DNA from: Paragordius varius | Lineage: Eukaryota; Animalia; Nematomorpha | Length of the DNA stretch: 64,000 bases | Direction: 5' to 3' | Assembly (NCBI GenBank): GCA_964247055.1 | Contig: OZ176053.1 | Span: forward strand, 1,426,001-1,490,000 | Part shown: positions 1 to 12,055 of the stretch, in pieces | How positions within the stretch are numbered: position 1 is the first letter of the stretch | Layout: each line of letters begins with the position of its first letter | The notes under the pieces: model-generated | What the model was told of the DNA's origin: nothing | Databases searched by the model: none | What the model saw: the letters and a program-made list of their open reading frames with translations, nothing else | Position numbers and translations under genes: made by a program

Positions 1-519
1 GCAGTTTTACTATGATAAGATGTGTCAATAGTTAATAAAAATGATTTTTGGGATCCTTGGCCAATAAATAATATTAATATTTGCTTCCTACGAAAATTGG
101 TAAAGGGATCGACGATTAATGAAATATTATTTTTACATATTCCAATAACTTCTATTTTTATATCTTCATAACATGAATCTAGTAATTCATCGGAAATCTG
201 TTTTCTATGAATAGCATTAGGTTTGTATGAATGAAACTCCGTAAATGTTTATTTTCTATGTTAGAGTTGACGATGTAAAAATTAATTTTGCTAAATGTTT
301 CTGGCTAATTTCTCTTAAAAACATAAATTTTAAGGACCAAACTTAAGAAATTAAATAATTAGCTTGCTTTCGACCATTACCCTCTGTCATACAATTTATT
401 TCATGAACTTCTTTTAGATGTTTCTCCATTCGGTTTATATAAATATATATAGTGTAATTGCATTTCTTGCATGTACCTTGATTTTTTTGATCGAAAAATT
501 TGCACAAGGCTGATTTCAT
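1..519 (-). mobile_element. Decayed hAT transposase 5' portion (BED finger plus start of catalytic region)
   Basis: Minus-strand ORF 519-343 MKSALCKFFDQKNQGTCKKCNYT...RMEKHLKEVH has BED-type CxxC...HxxxH spacing; downstream broken frames read YKPNAIHRKQISDELLDSCYEDIK and LIVDPFTNFRRKQI, matching hAT motifs (YxPPxRKx(I/L)SxxLLDxxY; first catalytic D, DGW degenerated). Stops and frameshifts present. Confidence 0.65.
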
Positions 520-1343
520 TATGATTTAGGAAGTGAAGAAAAGATGTGTATCATATGATATTTAAAACAAAATAATAGATATATAGATAATATAGGGTTT
601 TGTTTTCCTAAAAATTGTAAAAATAAAAAATTAAAAAAAAATAAAAAAATTGACCTAGGTCATTTTTTTCGTAGTCATGACCATGGAGGTCATTGACTAA
701 TGGGCACAACCCTAATGGTGCTATTGTTCATGATAATCAAATCAAATGTAAGATTAAAGATTATAGATATAAGGGGCTAGATATTGCACGAATAAATATA
801 TCATATCAAATATAATTATGTTACAATGTTAATTTGTATCTACAGAATCGCAACGACTTTTCGATAGGTTGGCCAATCTTATTTTGTTTTTGGCATTTAT
901 AAACGGGCTAGTTTTTTTAAACAATATTAAACCATCTAAACGAAAAAACACACACACTCTAAATCCTATCATTATATCTGTCGGATTATTTCCCATATAA
1001 GTAAATTAATTAACATGCAAGTAATAATAGTTATATAATCCAACTGTAGAATGCAATCCACTCTTTATGACTTAATATTTAGGGGTACATAGTGTGGGGG
1101 TGCATATAAAAATAATCCGAAAACGCTCAATAATCTAGACTAGATCAATATTAGAAATACTGACCATTAATCCCATATTCTTATGCGTTATCCAAAAAAT
1201 GGCTGTAAGATAAATTTGGGGGCTTTGTCACTAAAATTTGCAATAACTTCAAAATGGCATGACAAGATAGGCACATTCATAAAGCAAAATAAATGTTTTA
1301 TTGAAATAAAATTAGTTTTCTTGCAAAAACTATATATTCTGGT

Positions 1344-1619
1344 CAGAGGCGTAGATAGGGGGAAAGGGTGGAGGGTGGGGGGCTGACGCATCAGGCGCCA
1401 TAGAAGGGGCGCCAGATTTAAAAAATTTTATTTTATTTTAAAAAAATAGGTATTTAAAAGTTTTTATTTTAAATAGTACATAAAAAATCCGCCATTTATC
1501 AGTGGTCATTATCACGATTTGAATTTGATTATTTTTTAAAATAAGGGGTCGCATGGGGGGAGGGATGCCATCACAGATTCATGCATGCATCGGGCGCCAG
1601 AAATGCAAGCTATGCTTTG
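1344..1619. mobile_element. Degenerate GC-rich MITE-like insertion
   Basis: GC-rich island in AT-rich DNA; left end CAGAGGCGTAGAT versus right end reverse complement CAAAGCATAGCT; internal GGGCGCCAG repeated. Confidence 0.35.
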
Positions 1620-2753
1620 ATTCTAGTATTCCATTAGTGTGAAAGCCATTTATTTTTTTGTTACCGAGTAAATAATTTCTACAATACGTGTATAGGAGAG
1701 GGGGTTAAACAACAAAGGGGCTGATTTAAAGGAGTAGATTGACTATGATCAGTGCCTAAGGAAGTAACAAGAGGCCACACTCACTTTATATGGGATTACA
1801 GGCTTCCCAAAAAATGACGTTGATATCATAAAAACTAATTTAAACTTGGCATGGCTAGTTACCTTAAGTCAACTCTCAAGTGATATTGCTTAAAACAATA
1901 TGACATAATTTTTACTTGGTTATGATATTTAGTGTCTCAATTATTTTTATGATTAGTACCAATTAGACTTGTGCCCCTTAAAAATATTTGCGAATGTGAA
2001 AGATGATTCCTATTAGGTTATCATAAAAATTTGGCCAATGTGGTTGGTTGCTCAATCTTTCTATTACTGCGATTAAAAAATTAGAAATAAGAAGACGATC
2101 ATTAAAATCAATTGAAAAAAATCCGATACCCTATTAAATAAAGATAAACCTTTCTGTGATCCGCAATAGTACTTATGTATATTTTATACATTTTTTAAAC
2201 CAGCACTAACCGTAAGTTATAATTATATAGCTACATAGGTTTACCTATGACCTACTATACATCATTATATTTATTTATAAAGGACGAATAAACACACATT
2301 AAATATATGCGTTAAATTTATAAAAAGCGTGCAATTATAAAATCTAGGTAGGTATATGCAATAAAATATGATAAAAATTTAATTATTTGCGGATTATAAT
2401 GCAAATTCCATCTTTTTTTATTTTTAGAAAGATGTCATGAGCCAACAGATTTTAGGCAGGTAGTTTTTAATTTAAATGACACAATTTTAATTTTAAATAA
2501 TACTCGTACTATGCTATTTTATACAATTTCAAAATATTCACAATTTAAACACAGTTTAACAAAACATCATCCATCCTTCAACAAAAGCGCATTTAATCTA
2601 GAGTTTACAACCAAAAGTTAGAATTAGATGGAAATAATAACGGAACGAAAAGAAAAAGGATGTAAATTTCTGTGCTAAGTTAAACCATAAACTGTATATA
2701 AATACATTCCGTCTTGTTAACATATTTTGTAAATTTGATGGAATAATCTCGTT

Positions 2754-5700
2754 ATGGAATCCCCTATCGTCGATCAATATGCCTATATATATTTTACGGG
2801 ATACCTTGTTCAAAGTTTTTTAACGCTCATTTTTAATTCCTACCTTATATTTTTGGTGTTTGGCCCGCGAAAAAATGTACAAAATTCGTCAAATCCCATC
2901 TCAAAGCATAATGGCTTCAGTTCTACGCAAGATTCCACATTAAAAAAGCCAGAAAGTTTATCTATGAACATAAATGATTCAAAACACACTGGGAATACTA
3001 AAGAGCCACCAAAAAAACTCCCACTTGCACCAAGGCTTAGCTATATCGATTTCTTAGGTCTTGGCGGAAAAATATATGGAATTAAAAAAAATCGACTTAA
3101 CTTAATGCTTGCTTGGGTGTCATTATGTGACATTCTCCTAGTCCTAACCAGTATCCCGATCTATTTATACTATGAAATTATTGTCAAACTAATACATCAG
3201 TCTAGTGTGGCGTCTGGCAATACAATACCATTAACTGATAATGTTATTGAAATTTTTGATCAGTTTAAACCCCAAAAATACTTGAATAATACGCATAACA
3301 AAATCACGAGTCAATTATTTTTAACCAATTATACAATGTATCAGGGCTCAAACCCTAACATCCCAGAACCAAAATGCCACGAATTTATGATTTTCTATTT
3401 TTTCAATGATTTTTCAGCGTACAATACGGTTTTGGCATTCCTATACATTGCTTATGATAGATTACGCGCTATATCCAATGTTGTTTCGTTTAAAAAGGTT
3501 GGTTAGCTTCACTTAAATATTTTTTAGGCACAATGTTTGAAATATACTATATAATTGTTTAATCATTAGCCAAATTGAAATTTTATGTCTAAAAAGTGTG
3601 TTTGATAAAGGGAGGAAAAAGAATGGATCGATAAAACAGACATATTTACTATATATTTTAAATCAAAAATTTACAAAAAAATGTTTAAAATCCAATATTT
3701 ATAATTTTTTATTGTTTGCTGTTACTGATAAAATACGCATTGATATACTAACGTGTTATACGACAATGCTTGTACATTTATGCACATAAAATATTTTTTG
3801 ACAGATTAATGCTTTAAGTCCAACCCTTTCATTAAATTCAAATGCTTCCTCGGACTTTCCACCTAAAACCAACAAAACAAGGTTGGCCTCAACATGGGCT
3901 TCAAAATTTGACAGTACAATACGCTTGATAAAACGTTATAGCATTGTTTTATGGCCCATTTTGATAGTTTTTATTGTTAGCCTTGCCCTTTCTCTCCAAC
4001 TCATGCTTAAAATGCAACGGTTTAACTGCAATCTACCAGATGTCGAGGAACGAAACTATCTAATAATGCACCTTGTATTTGGTAATAACATTTATATATA
4101 TAAGTGTTCCATCCTAACTACATAAATCTAATGAATATTTACAGTGGTACTCACCAAAAAAATTTGACGGGCCAAATTAAATATATTTTTTTTTCGAGGG
4201 CCATGAACTTTATAATGGCAAATATCCTAGAGCTATTAGACACATATGCACATATTTAAATTCTATATCAGCACAATGAAATTTTTGCGGATCGCATGGA
4301 AATCGGCGAAAAAATCGTTTTGCACCATTTAGTTTAAATTAAAATATTTTGATAACATTATTTTGATATTAACCAATAAGTGACAAATTTGGTTTCGGTT
4401 CATGACAGGCCAATCTTAATATGTCGTCCATATAATCATCTATTAAGCGATTTTTGTATTTATTATTGACATACTCATTTTTGAATATGCCGTTTCACAC
4501 GTGTAAGTTGAGGGGAAAACAGTTAGGATAACTTGAGCACATTTTTTTATATATTCATATTTATTTGGAACATCTTGCAAAAACTCTACATTACTTTACG
4601 ATTCTCCTTGAATATAACCTCCATATTAGAATCATTTTTAAAATCTACAAATTTTTCAATGATAGCACCTGATCAAAACCGAAATGCTCAGGTTGCTTAA
4701 TATTGGATATATCCATATGCCAGGGGTTTTCAACGAATTTTAAGCAATTTTTAATTTCTTAATTCCTGAAATCAGAATTCATCTCATTATATAAAATTAA
4801 ATAATTTTTTAGGATTAAATTAATCTCCATTAGCGAATTGGGTTATTATTCCCTTGACTTGTATTTAAAATACCAAGTTTATAAGTAATGTCACAAAGGT
4901 AGGCTAAAACCCACCATTTGTCACTATTGATTTCCTCGTCAAACTTTCTGTTATCATTTATTAATATTGCCTGTCTTAAAACAAAAAATCTATATATACT
5001 TTGCTAAGGCTTAACCATCTCACAGTGGTATGCAAAAGAATATCATCAAACTCATTGTGGATATCTTTCAGAGGGTTTTTGAATTTACGGCGGTTGAATT
5101 CACTGCCCTCTTGTGGTTTACTATCAACCATTTTAAATTACTGAACTGAGGATTCATCTTTTACACGCGAAACCAGGTTTTGCTGATGAATAAAGCGGTG
5201 AAATGATCAAATATTTGCAAATTATATTTGTTTTTCAAAAGAGGAATAAATCTTTTTCCAATCATAGATGGACAGCCATCTGTGCAGATGGAAATATACC
5301 ATTATTATCGAAAAAAGTGCTAATTATTCAAGAAAATTGGTATTATATATTGGTAAAATTTTCAAATATTCCTCGTTGATTATGTTGTCGTTGCAAAATC
5401 TCACAAGAGCGCACACTGAGGAGCTGAACTAATATCAGTGCTAAATCAATAGCAATAATATAATATTTGTAATTTTCAGAGCCAATAAATATATTTAAAT
5501 AATGCGTCAAGCACACGTTAAATCAGAAAGTTGAAGTTTTTTAATTTGCCTCATGATTTGATTTTTACTATGGAATTTATCAAATAAAATAGTGCCCATT
5601 TAATAGACATTCTTTTATTAGTTGGCAATCAGTAAACGGTTTCATATTTTTTCCTAAAATATAGCAAATTTCATACGAAGCTAATGTTACAGCTTTTTCC

Positions 5701-8700
5701 GAAGCTATGGACTTAATAGGTTTTTCTTCCTGGTATATTTCCTTAATCTAATAATTTTCGTTTCTTTCCTCATGATTTTCTGGTTTGTGAGAAGAATGTA
5801 TTGTAAAATGTCTTTAAATATTGTGATTTAATTAGGTTGTCCTTACATATAAGGCAGACATTTTTAAAACGAAAAAGAATTTTTCTCATTCTCTTTTTAA
5901 AAGGAGTGATTTTCATCGGATAATTTACGTTTTTCAGCATTAGATGTCATCCTTGAATTTATGTTTAAATATTATGTAAATAATTTCAAAAGGAGGAAAA
6001 TAATTTGAATGCTATAAAAAAATAGGTCGAAATTTAATGATGTTGATTTGAAAAATGTTAATGGGAATGAGTTATAAAAAATGATGCAGGATATCGATGA
6101 AAAGAGTATGTATGTGCAAGTTTGGGTGAAAGGATTGCTTTAACACAAAAAAATGCAATAAATGCAAAATAGAAAAGAAAATAGAACGCAGAAACAAAAA
6201 GAACGTGTTCCAAAATTTTGAAATCATTTTAAAGTAGGAAAATTTTTCTACATTTTAATTTGGGTAAAACTAAAATTAAATCTAATTGAAATTAATATTG
6301 AAATAAGCGAAAATCCGATTATGTGTATTTTAAAATTTCATCAATAAAAAAAATAGTTTTAATAATATGGTCATAGGGCAATTTTAAAGCACTCTTAGGG
6401 CCGCATGCGGCCCGCGGGCCGCGGTTTGAGTATCACTGATTTAAAGTGTTGCATATACGACATATCTTTTTTGATTAATACAATCGGACCCTTTTTTTAA
6501 TATACAGGTTTAATTCTATAGATTCATATGGTTGCTTAATGCTTAGTTAAATATAAACGGGTTCATTTGTAATTTAATAGTTAATAAAAATTTGGGAACG
6601 TGAAACGATGTTATGATTCCTTTAAAAATTTGTTTGGGCACAAACTGTATCATTTATTTATTAATGAAAATACAAAAGATATTACAGTCTTGAATATATT
6701 TCCACTCATTTTTGGCGCACATTTAAATAATAAAACAATATCATGTGTAGTCACAAGACCGATTTTTTTGCATCAAACCGGTAATTTTAAAAAGATATCA
6801 ATTATATATTTTAACTAAAAAATTTCCACCCGCTTCTACGGATTTCGTCCATCTGTCAAATAAATATGAATACCATTCCAGAAAAACTGTTTGTGTTTTG
6901 CGGTAAACCCTTTGAGCCATTTCCAGCGTTTTGCAAATAAAGTTTAAACATCTGCTTCATTCCGAAGAGTTTAGTCAGATGGTGCCTAGCCAGGAGAGTA
7001 CATGCGGGAAAATTTTATACCGAAGCGATATTAAGGTGTCTTTCACTGGCTTCCGTGTGAAACGGAGCATTTTTATGACAAAATTCACTTTGTTATGTCT
7101 TCTGGTTCAATAATTTTTCGATTTATTTATGGGTTAAATTAATCATTTGTTGGCGATAGTTTTGTATAATAGCGGTTTCCCGAGTAATAAACTATGCTGC
7201 TCTTATCCTGCCAACACAGGTAATAGTCTTCTTGACAAAGCAATTTAGCCTTAATGTTAATGGATCGGTTTGGCAAGGTGAACCAGGATTTGTTTCGCTT
7301 TAAATATACGAAATAAAGTCATTTCTCATCATCCCTCGCAATTCGGTAAAATTTCTTTTCGTAACCGTTAAGCAAATTTCACAAGTCATTTTGCATTTTG
7401 TTTCAAGTTTATTAAGTTGTGCCAGACCCATTTACACAGTTTATTGGTCTTTCCTATTGATTGTAGACGTCTCCTGATTTTTTTAAGGTGTATATATTGC
7501 TTCTTCTAATTGCCGTTGAATTTGAGTAGGGTCAACGTTCAATATCTCTTGTACTTCGTCTTCGCAGTTTTGTGGTCTATGCCCACGATATATTCCATTG
7601 AAAATCTTTTTTTGAAACCATGCTTCACATGTTTCGGAGAAATTTTCACCATATGTTTCTACCAGCAAACGACTATCATCAGCCTTCTTTCTGATGGCAA
7701 TGCGTACCGCATGTGTTTTTTTTTTCAAGAATAAAATTCGACATATTGCTAAATGAAAAGAATCATACGCTATCTTTTGGCCGACTCAAATTGTGCGTAT
7801 TCTTAGTTTCAATGTCGAATAAACGAAATGGGCTAATGTATCGTCTGCGTAATTTTAACTAACGCATTCTAATTTAATCGGTAATAACCTCTGACTACAC
7901 CACTTTATATGTGCTATAAATTAATTTCGGGTACTTACGGAAAAATATGTAAAGTTTTAAGCGCAAGCTGATTTTCTTTATGGAAATTTATATATATAAA
8001 TTTATAGATTTAATTATTGATTTTCTTGAAACACAAAAAGTTCCATACTTTTACGACAATATCTTAATTCATAAATTGCATTTAATTTTTCGCCAGTCTT
8101 ATTATTTTAAGTGTCGTTTATTTGGGATAGTAGTTCAATAGTCTTTTCAAAATCTGATAAATAGTAATTTTTTCGGCAAAACTGGATCATATTTATTCCA
8201 TACTTTTTATGGTTTATGTTAAAAGGTTTCCAAATTTTTATTGGTATAACAATAGCATTTAAAGGATCACATAAAATACCTTTTAATATAATAAATTAAG
8301 TGCTAAGCCATGTTCTGAGCAAATCCGTGCCATTATTTGAAAATATTTACATATGCTATGATTTCGTTAGAATGTTGTTGCTTAAAGGTTAAAATTATAA
8401 AAAATATATTGTTTTATTGAATTTTCGGCTGATATCAATATTTACTTTCCTTTTTATAATATCAAAGGCTTATTGGTACAAATGACTAGTTCAGCCACCC
8501 AATGGCTAATATTAAAGCAATGTTTTCAATTTATGAATTTAATCAGCACACTAATCTTTAAAAATTACTAAAAAGATCCAAAATTCCAAATATATAGATT
8601 TTGTTTGATATATTTTATCATTTTAGCTATTACACTTCCATTCATGCTTACCTTAATCATATATCTGTGGCTCATATACTTACTCACTGGTTACACAAGC

Positions 8701-9273
8701 AATCGACTAGATTTAACCGATGAATTTAACGTGGTGTGCAAAACTTCAAAAAGTATATCGACTTTACCATCCTACGATAAAATGGAAGATACTCTTTCAC
8801 TGTCTTCTTCATGGTCTCAAGTTGGGGATCAATCATCTCAAAAATTTAATCGTTTAGATAATAAAATTAAGCATTTACTTGGCGAATATGGAAAAAGTTT
8901 GCAAAAATTTAGGGTTAAATTTGGCCATGGATACATGCAGGCCCGTACCTCTAAACGCCGTGAAATTAAAGCTATCCACATGGTAACGGCATTAATTATG
9001 TGCAATTTACTCATTGCATTGCCTTACATAATTTTCCAGGGACTTGAAACAACTGGAATAATCCAGTTAAATAATGATGATCATACCTATTATCAATATT
9101 TTGTGGTTGCTAGAGATGTCCTCAACATATTTAGCCTAAGTTTTAAATGGTTAAATGTGTTTATCATCATATATTTTTGTGATAACTTTCGATACTATTT
9201 CCAATTACATCTGCTTTGGATTAGAGATACGTGGAATAAATGCTTTTCTTGCATAAATACCACAAATGAATAA
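2754..9273 (+). CDS. Orphan class A (rhodopsin-like) GPCR, 3 exons, ~555 aa
   Basis: Exons 2754-3497, 3805-4081, 8627-9273 (phases 0,1; total 1668 nt). Seven hydrophobic segments; TM2 WVSLCD (LAxxD-like), TM3 Cys and YDRL (DRY-like), ECL2 Cys (RFNC), TM5 FAITLPF..IIY spanning exon 2/3, KRREIKAIHMV before TM6, TM6 IALP, TM7 NVFIIIY. Confidence 0.88.
4142..6438 (-). mobile_element. Near full-length decayed hAT (Buster/Charlie, GTF2IRD2-like) transposon in GPCR intron 2
   Basis: TIRs CAGTGGTACTCA (4142) and TGAGTATCACTG (ends 6438), 11/12 match; subterminal GCGGCCCGCGGGCCGC. Minus-strand relics: MTSNAEKRKLSDENHSF...VCLICKD from ATG 5950 and C-terminal CAQVILTVFPSTYTCETAYSKM near 4480-4550. Many stops and frameshifts. 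Confidence 0.85.
6741..7904 (-). mobile_element. Decayed Mos1-like mariner element (copy 1) in GPCR intron 2
   Basis: ATG 7744 MSNFILEKKTHAVR; ORF 7483-7728 SRLLVETYGEN..TCEAWF..EILNVDPTQIQRQL matches the mariner HTH region; degenerate YSPDLAPSDY motif near 6970-7010; degenerate TIRs related to CCAGGTGTAGTCA at both ends. Confidence 0.85.
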
Positions 9274-9650
9274 ATCTTTTTGCAGTAATTATAATTTTGG
9301 ATTCTTTTTACGGTGCGACAAGAAAGTCTTATTTAAATATATAATTTATATATAAAATAGACAAATAAATGAAATTATTAAATAAATTTATATTTTTATA
9401 TGAGCCCATGTTTATAGCCAAAAATGTTAGCAAGATCTTTTTATACGAGTAAGGCATATGCTATTTTTGAAAGATATTGAGGGCTTAATTTTATCTACTT
9501 TTAGTGCTAAAGGCAGATTAATATTTACTTAGGTTGCCACTTATGTTTTTTTATTCATAGACTGGTTTGACTGTAAACAGTATTTGTTAAAGAAAACGGT
9601 ATTTTTTTGGATCAATCTTACTTAATATTAACAAATTTCAAACACAAACA

Positions 9651-10097
9651 TACCATTTGCACTTCAAGAGTGTCCTTGAACAATTCAAATTGGTCCTTCA
9701 TTTTTATAAACTTGTTTTTAACTTTTATCATTTATATATTTTATCATTTTTAACCTATTCTCTTGATTTAACCAAACTTTTAATTTATCAACTTTTAATC
9801 ATTCAGAAACCGTATATCGTTATTAAGTACTAACAAATATATGAATTTTAATTAGTATAAAAAAATATTGGTTTTCTGGATTATTAATTGCAATTTTCGA
9901 AAAAACATTTATGATTGAATTCAAAAAAAATGGTTCGGAACATTGGATTTTAAAGAAAAAATCTATTTTAAATGAATAAATACATAATAAATATAGTAAA
10001 TTGCGTTGAAAAATAATAAAATAAATAAATACATGAAAAATAAATGGTTAATTTGAAACTTAAAGAGTTAAAGAACCAACTTGAAGTGCAAATGGTA
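9651..10097. mobile_element. MITE, TACCATTT-TIR family (divergent copy A)
   Basis: Inverted ends TACCATTTGCACTTCAAG / CTTGAAGTGCAAATGGTA; related to copies at 20195, 32631, 48635, 61492. Confidence 0.65.
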
Positions 10098-10112
10098 TAT
10101 AAGGGCCATTTA

Positions 10113-10284
10113 CAGTATGCATTTTAATGGTTGCTTATCTCACAGTAGAGTTGGGCAATTTGCAACACAGTAGTGTATGGAAAAAACAACAAAATGTTAA
10201 AAGATTTTTTCCTTTCTTTTCATACACTAATGTATTGCAAATTGCTCTATAGTGTGAAATAAGCAACCTTTAAAATGCATACTG
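10113..10284. mobile_element. Tc1/mariner-type palindromic MITE (CAGTATGC family)
   Basis: TIR CAGTATGCATTTTAATGGTTGCTTAT / ATAAGCAACCTTTAAAATGCATACTG, flanked by TA on both sides; second copy at 29161-29337. Confidence 0.85.
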
Positions 10285-10750
10285 TAAACCTTGAACCAGG
10301 AACTTTAATGAATGAGCCGTTTCAAGAATAAAACAAATGAATAATTCAAATAGTTTATTGGAATTAAAAAAAATTAACCACCATTTTTGTAGCCTTAAAA
10401 TATAAAAGATCGATAATAAACTAGGAAGTAAAATAGTTTTTATATAGGGTATTGAGCCATCTTATTCAAATAGCAATAATTTATTATTTTTCAACCATGA
10501 ATAAGTGTTTGAAAATTTATATATTTAAACTGAAAAGCAAATTTTAAAAATCTAAAAAGATATAATTTAACTAGTCGATTGCATCTCATATTTTAAATGC
10601 TGATAATTAATAAACATTTAAGTATCTAACCATAATAATTTATTAACAAATCATTAATGTGTGAAATCTTTATAAATATACATGAAAAATGCTAAATATA
10701 TCTAATGGCTTATATTAGAAAACTGTGTGTCAGTCATAAATAATAGCAAA

Positions 10751-11755
10751 TCAAGGTACATCTCCTCCCGATTTTTTTGTGCTATTATCATTTGCTTTGT
10801 TCGGCCCTTTAGTTTTGACTGGTGTCGCGGTTGGATTCGTTGAGCCCGAAGAGGGTTTAGGTGTAGGGGTAGAGTTTGAGTGCCCTTTTCCCGAATTATT
10901 GTTTTCCTTAGTGTTCGTTACACCAGCGGGGCTACTAGCCGCATTTGATGGGTTGGAGCTTGGGTTAGCCGAAGATGGCTGATTATTCACAGGGGCGGAT
11001 GATTTTTTAGCAGGCGTTGCCGTGGTAACCTTGGATGTCTGTTGTTCGTCTCCTCCCGATTTTGCAGTTGAAACCTTGTTTCCATTCATCATAGGGGTCG
11101 TTGTTAAAACATCTTGTGGCTGAGTTGTTTTTTTGCTTTTATGTTTAGAAAACGATTGAGATGAAATGGTGTTTGATACCCCATTTGCAGATGAAAGAGA
11201 CGAACTTTTAGATTTAGGTTGGAGCGGGAGCGAATTGCGAGATGACATACTTGGACGAGATTTACGAGTTGTGTGATATACAATAAAACGTCCAATTTTC
11301 ACCGGGGGTCCTTGGGGCCCTGATGGAAAAATATTTATAATCGTTTTCTTAGGGCCTTTATCGACATAGACTACCTTTTTTCCACCAATGTGTTGGTGTC
11401 CACCTCTAGATGATCCAACCGAAGCTTTTGGATATTTTTTATTGGCTTTTGATCGGGTTTTATACATGGGCGGATTCAAATTTTTACGGGTGTCATCAAA
11501 ATCCCTTTTAACTCTAACGATATCGACTTTGTTATTATTGATTTTTGTATTGAGTTTTGACCGCCTATGCCATTCATCTGGAAAATCAGGAAGCTCGGTG
11601 ATTGTAATATTATTTGACTCCTTTACAGGTTTTTCATTTGCATCAATATTATTATTATTTGCTGGTACCAAAAACACAGTATGTATAAAATTAAAAAGTA
11701 CTAAGATGGAAAAAAGTCCTTTTGCCAGGAACTTTGAATTGTCAATTATTTTCAT
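10751..11755 (-). CDS. Orphan secreted basic low-complexity precursor, 334 aa, intronless
   Basis: Long ORF in AT-rich DNA with coding-like GC; N-terminal hydrophobic signal (GLFSILVLFNFIHTVFLVPA), RVKR furin consensus, K/S/T/N/P-rich remainder, KSGGD occurs twice. Confidence 0.8.
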   Translation of the reverse strand: MKIIDNSKFLAKGLFSILVLFNFIHTVFLVPANNNNIDANEKPVKESNNITITELPDFPDEWHRRSKLNTKINNNKVDIVRVKRDFDDTRKNLNPPMYKTRSKANKKYPKASVGSSRGGHQHIGGKKVVYVDKGPKKTIINIFPSGPQGPPVKIGRFIVYHTTRKSRPSMSSRNSLPLQPKSKSSSLSSANGVSNTISSQSFSKHKSKKTTQPQDVLTTTPMMNGNKVSTAKSGGDEQQTSKVTTATPAKKSSAPVNNQPSSANPSSNPSNAASSPAGVTNTKENNNSGKGHSNSTPTPKPSSGSTNPTATPVKTKGPNKANDNSTKKSGGDVP

Positions 11756-12055
11756 TATGGGTACTAAAAAAAACTAAAAGCTAAAACAAAAAAATTACAA
11801 ACTGTAATGATAAAAAATAAATAAAAGAATAGTGTATTCGAATCAGTCTATGCTTTCTAAATTTGTTTGATGGACAAATTAATTTACAAAATATAATAAA
11901 TTAATAATTAAAATGTGTGGAAAATTCTGATTGTGTGCATATATACTGTAAAATTATATCAATATTACATGGTGTTTATAATTTAGGGGCGGACGCAAAA
12001 GCTGGCAAAAAATTGTATCAATATTTTTTAGTTATAAGCTTGTTTAAACTGTATA

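Noticed and set aside
10779-11777. Plus-strand ORFs 10779-10982 and 11388-11777
   Set aside because: Antisense shadows of the 334-aa minus-strand gene.
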